Positions 18,385 through 26,137 of a DNA stretch of 64,000 nucleotides are shown one piece after another. The notes below the pieces were generated by a model. The model worked only from the letters and a program-made list of their open reading frames with translations. It ran no database searches and was not told the DNA's origin. Origin of the DNA: Acidimicrobiia bacterium. Its GTDB lineage: Bacteria > Actinomycetota > Acidimicrobiia > Spongiisociales > JAENVV01. The stretch lies in the NCBI GenBank assembly GCA_041628225.1, contig JBFKPQ010000001.1, positions 13,518-77,517 on the forward strand, written 5' to 3'. Position 1 is the first letter of the stretch. Each line of letters opens with the position of its first letter. The position numbers and the translations under genes were made by a program.

Positions 18385-21300
18385 GTGGACTACCGGATTC
18401 TGGGTCCTCTCGAAGTCGCGGGCGACAGCGGGGTGCTTTCCCTGGGTGGCGAACGTCAACGCGCCCTGCTCGGCCTCTTGCTGATCCACGCCAACGAGGT
18501 CGTGTCGGTCGACCGGATCATCGACTCACTGTGGCCACAAGCTCCGCCGGAAACGGCCGGGAACGTCATCCAGGTGTACGTGTCGAGACTGCGGAAGCTC
18601 CTCGATCCCGACCGGCCCACCGGCGTGGAATCGACCGTGCTCCTGACGAGGCGCCCCGGATACTTGCTCCGCGTCGCCGAACGCGACCTGGACGCCGCTC
18701 GGTTCGAACGCGCGGCAGATGAGGGTCGGCGGGCGCTCGAGGACGGCGCCCCGGGCGTCGCGGCGGCTTCGTTGCGTCGCGGCCTGGCGCTCTGGCGAGG
18801 CGACGCGCTCGCCGACCTGGCCTACGAGGAATTTGCCGCCAGCGCCGCGACACGGCTGAACGAGGCGCGGATCGTGGCCACCGAACATCTCATCGAGGCT
18901 CGTCTGGCTCTGGGAGAACACGACGACGCGGTCGCCGATCTCGAGCGGTTGGTGACCTTGCACCCGTTGCGGGAGCGCTTGTGGATCCATCTGGTGACGG
19001 CGCTCTACCGATCCGGGCGCCAGGCCGACGCCTTGCGCGCCTACCGGCGCGCCGCCGATACGCTCGTCGAGCAGCTCGGGCTGGATCCCTCACCGAAGCT
19101 GCGGGAGTTGGAGGACCGGATTCTCGTGCAGGATCCGACGCTCGACTACGTGCCGGCAACCCGTTCGACCGCCGCGCAGCCGCTCATCGGACGGGCCGAT
19201 CACGTAGCGGCGCTCAGGGATGCCGCCGACATGGTCGCGCGGGGCAGGCGTGTGGCCATCGCACTCGTCGGAGCGGAAGGAACCGGTGTGAGCCGGCTGC
19301 TCGAAGAAGCGGCTCGACTGGCGGGGCAGGCGGGACTCGAGACCCGACAAGTCGTGGCACACCCCGCCACGGTGACCACGCCGGGCGAGGTGTCCGACCA
19401 GGTGATCGAGCCGTCGGGACCATGGGCCTTGATTCTCGGCGGGGCGCAGTGGACCGACCCGACGTCGATGGGAGCGATCCGTCGCTGGCTCACGGACGGA
19501 GACCTTCCTCTGCTGCTCGTCGTAGGTCACGAACCGATCTCCGGTAGGGCCGCGCAGCCCCTCCGGTCACTGCTCACCGCAGCCGATTCGGTCGGGCTCG
19601 TCGTGCCACTCACCGTCGATCGGGTGACGCGCGCCGACCTCGAACGGGTGGCAGAACCGGACTTGGCATCCTGGCTGTACCAGAGGACCGCCGGCGAGCC
19701 ATACGCACTCGGCCGCCTCCTCGACCATCTGCGCGACCGAGGCGTCGTGTCGTGGGAATCGGGAATGCTGGAGACCACGGGGACCCTGCCGACGGAGATC
19801 ATGGCGAGCCCGATCGAGAAGGTAGCGAACCTCGGCAAGGCGGCCCGCCATGTGGTCGAGTCGGTGGCGGTCGCCGGACATCCGGTCCCGTTCGACGTGA
19901 TCTGCGAGCTCGTCGGCATGGACACGCACGACACCCTCGAGATGATCGATGGGCTCGTCGCCGATGCCCTGCTCGAGGAGAGCGCGGCCGGCGTGTCGGC
20001 CGGACCCGGCATCCAGTCGGGCCGGCTGACCTCGACGTTCGGGGCGACCCGCACGCAGACGGTGGCCCTTTCGCTCGCCGAGGCGTGGATGGCTTGTGGG
20101 CACCGCGATGGCGACCGTGCCGCGGTCGGCCGTCTGGCGGCACTGGCCAACGACGACGTCACGGCCGCACGGCTGTTGGGTGACGCCGGGCTCGAAGCTG
20201 CCGGCCAGCAGCACCTCGGCGAGGCGCAGCCGCTTCTCGAGGGCGCCATCGATGCCCTCCGACGCCTCGGCGAGGTGGGCGGCCCGAGGTGGGGAGAACT
20301 CCACCTGGCACTCGCGGAGTGCCATCGCCTGGCCGGCTGGCCAACCGATGCCGCGGCTGCCCTGGACGAGGCCATCGACCACACGACCGGGGAGGCTCGG
20401 ATCGACGCGCGCGGGTGGGCGGCGCAGATCGCCTCCGACCAGCAGGACCCGGTTGCGGCCGAGTGGCATGTGGCGGTGGGCGAGTGGGAGGCCGCTCGTA
20501 TCGATGCACGGGCCAAGCTCGGTTCGTTGCTGTCGTTGCGCGCCCGAGTGCTGAATCGGTTGGCCTTCGCCGACGAAGCCGACCTCGCGTATGCCAAGGC
20601 GCAGGCGATGCTCGATCGGTGGGGTGGTGAACGCCAGCGTTACCTGGCCGGCTACAACCGCGCTTGGATGTCGTTCGACCGTGGCGAGGCGGCCGAGGCC
20701 GAGGCCGCCTTCGGCAGGCTCCTGACCAAGATCCCGGATGAAGACGATGCGCGCCGAGCGGATCTGCTGGCGTGGCGTGGTCGGGCTCTCTACCGGACGG
20801 GCCGCGTCGACGAGGCAGCCGATGCGGCGGCCGCAGCTCGACGCGCCGGCCTTCGCCAGGGCGATGTTGGCCCCGTGTTCCTGTCACACATGGCCGACGC
20901 CGAAGGCGCCTTGCTCTACGGTGCCTACGACGATGCGTTGGTGTCGGCCAATGAGATGTTGGGATTGGTCCTGCAACAGCTGCCCGCGTGGGAGAACGCC
21001 GCGCGGCTCCTGGTCGCCCGGGCGCACCTCGGACGGGGCGACATCGACCTCGCACGCCATGAGGCGGCCAATGCCACCGAGCTGTGCCTGCCCGGCCCGG
21101 GTGGGCGCAGGTGGTGGTACATGTGCCGGGTGGGGGAGATGGCCGTCGACGTCGCGGCCGGCGCCGACCTCGCACCGGACCACCAACCCATCCTGGAAGC
21201 GCTCCTTCGCGCCCGATGGCTGGAGCCGGCGATCGACCTGCTGCTCCTGCGAGCTTCCGCCGGCGATCCCGCAGACGCCGAACGAGCCTTGGATCTGGCG

Positions 21301-21468
21301 GTGGGCGCGGGACTCGCCTCCCACGCGGCGCGCGCCGCTCGACTCTGCGACGGGCCCCGGAGGGTTCCGGCTGTACGTCTGGCACACCGCGCGTTCGGAA
21401 CCCTGCCGGTCACGTGGCAGCGCGCCTTCTTGGACGTGGCGGGCGACGTGCTTCAGCCGAACCGGTAA
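18385..21468 (+). CDS. AfsR/SARP-family large regulator: OmpR-type winged helix + BTAD + NB-ARC-like NTPase + TPR-like repeats
   Basis: N-terminal MDYRILGPLEVAGDSGVLSLGGERQRALLGLLLIH..VSVDRIIDSLW matches SARP DNA-binding plus BTAD, followed by a P-loop (ALVGAEGTGVS) and a long helical-repeat region. 1027 aa. Confidence 0.75.
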   Translation: MDYRILGPLEVAGDSGVLSLGGERQRALLGLLLIHANEVVSVDRIIDSLWPQAPPETAGNVIQVYVSRLRKLLDPDRPTGVESTVLLTRRPGYLLRVAERDLDAARFERAADEGRRALEDGAPGVAAASLRRGLALWRGDALADLAYEEFAASAATRLNEARIVATEHLIEARLALGEHDDAVADLERLVTLHPLRERLWIHLVTALYRSGRQADALRAYRRAADTLVEQLGLDPSPKLRELEDRILVQDPTLDYVPATRSTAAQPLIGRADHVAALRDAADMVARGRRVAIALVGAEGTGVSRLLEEAARLAGQAGLETRQVVAHPATVTTPGEVSDQVIEPSGPWALILGGAQWTDPTSMGAIRRWLTDGDLPLLLVVGHEPISGRAAQPLRSLLTAADSVGLVVPLTVDRVTRADLERVAEPDLASWLYQRTAGEPYALGRLLDHLRDRGVVSWESGMLETTGTLPTEIMASPIEKVANLGKAARHVVESVAVAGHPVPFDVICELVGMDTHDTLEMIDGLVADALLEESAAGVSAGPGIQSGRLTSTFGATRTQTVALSLAEAWMACGHRDGDRAAVGRLAALANDDVTAARLLGDAGLEAAGQQHLGEAQPLLEGAIDALRRLGEVGGPRWGELHLALAECHRLAGWPTDAAAALDEAIDHTTGEARIDARGWAAQIASDQQDPVAAEWHVAVGEWEAARIDARAKLGSLLSLRARVLNRLAFADEADLAYAKAQAMLDRWGGERQRYLAGYNRAWMSFDRGEAAEAEAAFGRLLTKIPDEDDARRADLLAWRGRALYRTGRVDEAADAAAAARRAGLRQGDVGPVFLSHMADAEGALLYGAYDDALVSANEMLGLVLQQLPAWENAARLLVARAHLGRGDIDLARHEAANATELCLPGPGGRRWWYMCRVGEMAVDVAAGADLAPDHQPILEALLRARWLEPAIDLLLLRASAGDPADAERALDLAVGAGLASHAARAARLCDGPRRVPAVRLAHRAFGTLPVTWQRAFLDVAGDVLQPNR

Positions 21469-22091
21469 CCGACCGACCGTACGGTGGTGATCCAGCCCGC
21501 CCGCTCCTCGCCGAGCTTGGAGCGTAGGCGCCGGACGTGCACGTCGACGGTGCGGGCTCCACCGAAGTAGTCGTAGCCCCACACCTTCGAAAGCAACTGT
21601 TCCCTGCTCCAGACCCTGCCCTTGTTCTCGACGAAGAACCGGAGCAACTCGTACTCCATGTAGGTGAGGTCGATCGGTTCGCCGTCGATCGTCGCCTGGT
21701 AGGTGGCGGTGTTGAGCAGGAGGTCATGGTGCACGAACTGATCGTCCGCTTGCGTCGTCCTCAGGAGTCTCCTCACCCGTGTCCGCAGCTCGGTTGCCTC
21801 CGCTGGCAACACGGCGAAGTCGGCGACCGTGGTCTCCTCTTCGAGAAACGCCGTCTGATCGGGTGTGACCACCAGGAAGACCGGAACGCCGGTGTCCTCG
21901 GCGAGTCTGCGGGCGAGGCGCAGTCGGCGCAGGGGCTCATCCCCCAACTCGATGAGGAGAAGCGACCACTCGGCAGCCGCACCGTCCTTGTCGAGGTCCG
22001 CGTCGCCGAGTGGCTGCGGGTCGAGCCCACTGAGCGCGAGCACCTGTCCGAGCTGTTCGGAAGGAGCGCCGGGGTAGATGACGAACTGCAT
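21453..22091 (-). CDS. glnR: GlnR-type OmpR-family orphan response regulator (global nitrogen regulator)
   Basis: ATG at 22091, 2 bp after the glnA stop. The C-terminal LTYMEYELLRFFVENKGRVWSREQLLSKVWGYDYFGGARTVDVHVRRLRSKLG is near-identical in pattern to the actinobacterial GlnR trans_reg_C region (VWGYD.FGG.RTVDVH.RRLR.KLG). The N-terminal receiver domain is atypical. Confidence 0.75.
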   Translation of the reverse strand: MQFVIYPGAPSEQLGQVLALSGLDPQPLGDADLDKDGAAAEWSLLLIELGDEPLRRLRLARRLAEDTGVPVFLVVTPDQTAFLEEETTVADFAVLPAEATELRTRVRRLLRTTQADDQFVHHDLLLNTATYQATIDGEPIDLTYMEYELLRFFVENKGRVWSREQLLSKVWGYDYFGGARTVDVHVRRLRSKLGEERAGWITTVRSVGYRFG

Positions 22092-22093
22092 GG

Positions 22094-23419
22094 TCACAGG
22101 ATCGGGAGGTACTGCTCGAGCTCGTACCGTGAGACGTGGTGCTGGTACGTGTCCCATTCCTTGCGCTTGTTGCGCAGGAACCAGTCGAAGACGTGGTCGC
22201 CCAGCGCGGCGGCCATGAGGTCGGAGCGTTCGAGTTCGTCGAGTGCGTGCGAGAGGGTTTCGGGGAGCCGTCGGATCCCTTTGGCGCGGCGGTCGGACGG
22301 ACTCATCTCGAACACATTGGCCGACACCGCCCCGGGGAGATCCATGCCTTCGCGGATTCCGTCCATGCCGGCGGCCAGCAGCACCGAGAACGCCAGGTAG
22401 GGGTTGGTTGCGGCATCGGGCGATCGGTATTCGATCCGCGTGCTCGAGGGCTTCCCCTTCTTGACCGTGGGAACCCTGACGAGGGCCGACTGGTTGTTCT
22501 TCGCCCAGAAGGCGTAGATCGGCGCCTCGAAGCCGGCGACGAGGCGCTTGTAGGAGTTGACCCACTGGTTGGTGATGGCGGTCAGCGCCGGTGCGTGGTG
22601 CAAGAGCCCGGCGATGAAGGCTTCTCCCACCTTCGAGATCCCGTGCTCCGAACCCTCTTCGTAGAAGGCGTTCTGGTCTCCTTCGAAGAGCGAGAGATGC
22701 ATGTGGAAGCCCGATCCGTCGTGGGCTTCGAGCGGCTTCGGCATGAACGTCGCGTAGATACCCGCCGCCAGGGCAACCTCCTTGACCGTCAGGCGGTACG
22801 TCATGACGTTGTCGGCCATGGTGAGCGCGTCGTCGTAGCGCAGGTCGATCTCGTGCTGGCTCGGTGCTACTTCGTGATGGCTCTGCTCGACCGGTATGCC
22901 GAGCTTCTCGAGATGCTCGATCGTGACGCGTCGATACTCCTGGGCCGTGTCGAGGGGCGTGAGGTCGAAGTAGCCGCCCCGGTCAAGCACCTTCGGTTCG
23001 GGCCCGGCGTCGGCGAAGTAGAAGAATTCCAGTTCGGGACCGACGTAGAACGAGTACCCGTGTTCGGCTGCCTCTCGGAGGTTCCTGCGCAGCACGTGGC
23101 GCGGATCGCCCTCGAATGGTGTCCCGTCCGGGTGGTGGATGTCGCAGAACATGCGGGCGACGCCTTCGGGCTCGCGCCACGGGAGGATCTGAAAGGTCGT
23201 CGGGTCGGGCCGGGCCACCATGTCCGCTTCTTGCACACGTGCGTAGCCGTCGATCGAAGACCCGTCGAAGGTCATGCCCTCGGTCAGCGCCGTCTCGAGC
23301 TCTGCCGGGCTGATGGCCACGGACTTCAGAAACCCCTGGACATCCGTGAACCACAGTCGGATGAACCGAATGCCCCGCTTGGCGACGGTTTGGAGTACGT
23401 ACTCGGCCTGTTTGTCCAT
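22094..23419 (-). CDS. glnA: Glutamine synthetase type I (GlnA2-like; apparently non-adenylylatable)
   Basis: ATG at 23419 (MDKQAEYVLQTVAKRGIRFIRLWFTDVQG). Full GS catalytic motifs, 441 aa. The region aligned by eye to the adenylylation loop reads NVFEMSP, not NLY[DE]LP. Confidence 0.85.
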   Translation of the reverse strand: MDKQAEYVLQTVAKRGIRFIRLWFTDVQGFLKSVAISPAELETALTEGMTFDGSSIDGYARVQEADMVARPDPTTFQILPWREPEGVARMFCDIHHPDGTPFEGDPRHVLRRNLREAAEHGYSFYVGPELEFFYFADAGPEPKVLDRGGYFDLTPLDTAQEYRRVTIEHLEKLGIPVEQSHHEVAPSQHEIDLRYDDALTMADNVMTYRLTVKEVALAAGIYATFMPKPLEAHDGSGFHMHLSLFEGDQNAFYEEGSEHGISKVGEAFIAGLLHHAPALTAITNQWVNSYKRLVAGFEAPIYAFWAKNNQSALVRVPTVKKGKPSSTRIEYRSPDAATNPYLAFSVLLAAGMDGIREGMDLPGAVSANVFEMSPSDRRAKGIRRLPETLSHALDELERSDLMAAALGDHVFDWFLRNKRKEWDTYQHHVSRYELEQYLPIL

Positions 23420-23552
23420 CGTCGAACGGTAGCGCAGGCCGTCGCGGCCCGGCCAACTCGCCGTAGCCCGGATGGGGATCCGGCGCGCGCTCGGACGTGC
23501 GTGGTTTCGTCGCTCGGGGCCTGGCGTTTTGGACCTTTGGGCCCAGGGTCGC

Positions 23553-23590
23553 GTAACACGATGTTCACATTCGAGTAACGGCAGAGAAAT
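23553..23590. promoter_or_regulatory. Canonical GlnR box (a-site/b-site x2) in the glnA / glnII divergent intergenic region
   Basis: GTAAC-n6-TTCAC-n6-GTAAC-n6-GAAAT (gcGTAACacgatgTTCACattcgaGTAACggcagaGAAATgg) matches the actinobacterial GlnR consensus gTnAc-n6-GaAAc-n6-GTnAC-n6-GAAAc. It lies about 55 bp upstream of the glnII start and about 135 bp upstream of glnA. Confidence 0.6.
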
Positions 23591-23642
23591 GGCCCACTGT
23601 GACGCTCTCGGTCGTCCCATCCGGCGGAAGGCAGGTGCCCCC

Positions 23643-24644
23643 ATGAGCTATCGAGCGGAATACATCTGGATCGACGGATCCATTCCCACCCAGAAGCTGC
23701 GCTCCAAGACCAAGATCGTCCCCGACGGCGACGAGCCACCCATCTGGGGCTTCGATGGTTCGTCGACCAACCAGGCGCCCGGCGATAGCTCCGACTGCGT
23801 ACTGCGCCCGGTCTTCGTGTGCGACGACCCCATCCGCGGTGGCGGAGACAAGCTCGTGATGTGCGAGGTGCTCACCGTCGACCTGGAGCCGCATCCCACG
23901 AACACCCGGGCTGCGTGCGTGGAGGCGGCCGAGAAGTATGCCTCCTTCGAGGCGTGGTTCGGGATCGAGCAGGAATACACGTTCTTCAAGGACGGTCGAG
24001 TCCACGGTTGGCCGACGCAGGGTTTCCCGGCTCCGCAGGGTGGCTACTACTGCGGCGTCGGATCGGACGAGATCTGGGGCCGGGAGGTCGTCGAGGCCCA
24101 CACGAAGCACTGCATGGAAGCCGGTCTCGAGATCTCCGGCACCAATGCCGAGGTCATGATCGGCCAGTGGGAGTTCCAGATCGGCCCGCTCGGCCCGGTC
24201 GAGGCGGCCGACCAGCTGTGGGTGGCGCGCTGGTTGCTGTACCGCACCGGCGAGGACTACGACATCGCCGCCACGCTCGATCCGAAACCGGTCAAGGGAG
24301 ACTGGAACGGTGCGGGAGCTCACACCAACTTCTCCACGAAGCAGATGCGAGAGTCGTATGACCCGATCATCGCGGCGTGCGAGGCGCTGGGAGAGAAGGC
24401 GGATCTCCACATCGAAAACTACGGCGCAGACATCGAGCACCGGCTGACGGGACTGCACGAGACGGCCCCGTGGACGGAGTACAGCTACGGCGTCTCGAAC
24501 CGTGGTGCCTCGGTGCGGATTCCCTGGCAGGTCGCACGCGACGGCAAGGGTTACATCGAGGATCGCCGCCCCAACGCCAACTGCGACCCGTACACGGTCA
24601 CGCGGCTCATCACGGAAACGGTGTGCGGCGCGGCCAGCGCCTGA
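23643..24644 (+). CDS. glnII: Glutamine synthetase type II (eukaryote-like GSII)
   Basis: ATG at 23643 (MSYRAEYIWIDGSIPTQKLRSKTKIV..). 333 aa with GSII hallmarks (GIEQEYTFF, NGAGAHTNFSTK). Confidence 0.85.
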   Translation: MSYRAEYIWIDGSIPTQKLRSKTKIVPDGDEPPIWGFDGSSTNQAPGDSSDCVLRPVFVCDDPIRGGGDKLVMCEVLTVDLEPHPTNTRAACVEAAEKYASFEAWFGIEQEYTFFKDGRVHGWPTQGFPAPQGGYYCGVGSDEIWGREVVEAHTKHCMEAGLEISGTNAEVMIGQWEFQIGPLGPVEAADQLWVARWLLYRTGEDYDIAATLDPKPVKGDWNGAGAHTNFSTKQMRESYDPIIAACEALGEKADLHIENYGADIEHRLTGLHETAPWTEYSYGVSNRGASVRIPWQVARDGKGYIEDRRPNANCDPYTVTRLITETVCGAASA

Positions 24645-24661
24645 CATCATCCTCGTTTCGG

Positions 24662-24693
24662 CCCGACCCCTCCGGAGACTCCGGAGGGGTCGG
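24662..24693. terminator. Strong GC hairpin between convergent glnII and the MerR-B12 gene (bidirectional terminator)
   Basis: cccgacccctccggag-ac-tccggaggggtcgg. Confidence 0.55.
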
Positions 24694-24698
24694 TCGCG

Positions 24699-25529
24699 TC
24701 AGGCCTCGATGAGGGCAACCGCTTCGTCGAGTGATCGGGCGTGCGCGTCGGCTCCCAGATCCCGAGCCGTCGCTTCGTCGGTGATGGCGGCGCCGCCGGC
24801 GATGATCAGTCCGGCACCAGCCTGGCGGGCGGCATCGATCGCCTCTCGGATCGCCGTCTCGTTCCTTGGTCGTCCGGCCGACATCACCACGGCGGCAACG
24901 GGATGGTGGTCCGAGACGGTTCTCGCGAGCGACTCGGCCGGCACGGCGCCACCGAGCGCCACGACGGCGTAGCCGGCACCGCGCAGCAGGTCGGCGAGTG
25001 TCATCACCGACAGCGAGTGGTGGTCGTTGGGTGCACCCGTGACGATCACGGTGGTTCGCGTGCGGCCGCGCCGGTTGAAGTGTGGCGAGAGGCGTCCGGC
25101 CATCCGGGTGGCGATGAGCGAGGCGCGATGCTCGTCGGCCACGTCGAGTTCGCCGGCCTCCCAACGAGCGCCGATCCGGTTCATGGCCGGACCGATCATC
25201 GCCTGATACACGAACGCGGCGTCGTGCCCCGACGCCAGCGCGGATTCGACCGTCGCCCAGGCTGCAGATTCGTCGCCCGAAACGAGGAGGCGTTCGAGGC
25301 GCTCGTCCCACGCAATGTCCCCGGTAGCCGGCTCCGGGAGTGCACGGAGGGCGTCGAGGTCGGCTTCTTCGATGACCCACGTCCCTCCCTCCTTGCGTGC
25401 CTCGAGTTTGCCGAGGCGCACGTACCGATACGCGGTCATGTAGTGCACACCGAGGCGGTCGGCGGCTTCCTGGAGGGTCATCGTCGAAGACATGGCGCTT
25501 GACAACCTACCAGATTTACTGCTAAACAT
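24699..25529 (-). CDS. CarH/LitR-family light-sensing regulator: MerR HTH + cobalamin (AdoCbl)-binding domain
   Basis: MerR HTH (LQEAADRLGVHYMTAYRYVRLGKL). B12-binding four-helix bundle with the W-x9-EH motif (RWEAGELDVADEH) and a Rossmann part with DxHxx[GS] (NDHHSLS) and GG (ALGGAV). The first ATG (25529) lies inside the upstream palindrome, so the start may be the internal ATG at about 25493 or 25481. Confidence 0.7.
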   Translation of the reverse strand: MFSSKSGRLSSAMSSTMTLQEAADRLGVHYMTAYRYVRLGKLEARKEGGTWVIEEADLDALRALPEPATGDIAWDERLERLLVSGDESAAWATVESALASGHDAAFVYQAMIGPAMNRIGARWEAGELDVADEHRASLIATRMAGRLSPHFNRRGRTRTTVIVTGAPNDHHSLSVMTLADLLRGAGYAVVALGGAVPAESLARTVSDHHPVAAVVMSAGRPRNETAIREAIDAARQAGAGLIIAGGAAITDEATARDLGADAHARSLDEAVALIEA

Positions 25530-25538
25530 GTTTTAGCA
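25520..25538. promoter_or_regulatory. Near-perfect inverted repeat (candidate LitR/CarH operator overlapping the ECF sigma promoter)
   Basis: TGCTAAA-CATG-TTTTAGCA in an unusually AT-rich 40 bp (tttactgctaaacatgttttagcactaaaacttGGAGGGtccATG), 19-37 bp upstream of the sigma-factor ATG. Confidence 0.5.
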
Positions 25539-25556
25539 CTAAAACTTGGAGGGTCC

Positions 25557-26123
25557 ATGAACTGCACTCACCTCGATGATCGGGAACTGGCGGACGCGCT
25601 CGTGGCCGGCTCGCGGCCGGCCCTCGCCGAAGTGCACCGTCGGCACGCCGGCCAAGTCGTCGGTATGGCCCGGCGGATCCTCAAGAGCCACGAGCTGGCC
25701 GAGGAGGTCGCCCAGGAAGTGTTCCTCAGGCTGTGGGACCGGCCCGAGGCCTACGACCCCGGCCGCGGTTCGATGCGATCATTTCTCCTGGCGCACGTCC
25801 ACGGCCGGAGCCTCGATCTGATCCGCGCCGAATCGGCGCGGCGTGCGAGAGAAGAGCGCGAGGCTCGCATGGTGGTCGAACCGACGCCCTCGGTCGACGA
25901 TGAGGTCTGGGTCCGGGTGCAGTCTGCTGGACTCCGCGCCGTCCTCGCCGCCATCCCGACGCGCGAGCGTGAAGCGATCGAGCTGGCCTATCTCGAAGGG
26001 CTCACCTACCGGCAGGTCGCCGAGCAGCTCTCCTTGCCGGAGGGCACCGTCAAGAGCCGGATCCGGGCGGGCCTGCAGCGACTGAAGACCGACCTCGCCG
26101 GCGTCGGGCTCGCCGTCGGCTGA
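25557..26123 (+). CDS. ECF (sigma-70 group IV) RNA polymerase sigma factor
   Basis: Region 2 (EVFLRLWDRPEAYDPGRGSMRSFLLAHVHGRSLDLIR) and region 4 HTH (REAIELAYLEGLTYRQVAEQLSLPEGTVKSRI). RBS GGAGGG. Confidence 0.8.
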   Translation: MNCTHLDDRELADALVAGSRPALAEVHRRHAGQVVGMARRILKSHELAEEVAQEVFLRLWDRPEAYDPGRGSMRSFLLAHVHGRSLDLIRAESARRAREEREARMVVEPTPSVDDEVWVRVQSAGLRAVLAAIPTREREAIELAYLEGLTYRQVAEQLSLPEGTVKSRIRAGLQRLKTDLAGVGLAVG

Positions 26124-26137
26124 CCTACTCTGGTCGC

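Noticed and set aside
20159-21385. 408-aa minus-strand ORF, and 27552-29723 plus-strand 723-aa ORF
   Set aside because: They are antisense to the SARP regulator and to the Eis-like/membrane genes respectively. They are Arg/Gly-rich with no domain signatures.
18385-21468. STAND NTPase as an antiviral Avs-type defence protein
   Set aside because: The N-terminus is an OmpR/SARP DNA-binding domain plus BTAD, the AfsR regulator architecture. No nuclease or other effector domain is present.
25515-25545. Possible CIRCE (HrcA) element because of the TTAGCAC core
   Set aside because: CIRCE is TTAGCACTC-N9-GAGTGCTAA. Here the repeat is TGCTAAA-CATG-TTTTAGCA, with a 4-bp spacer and different arms, so it is not CIRCE. 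It fits better as the operator of the adjacent MerR-B12 regulator.
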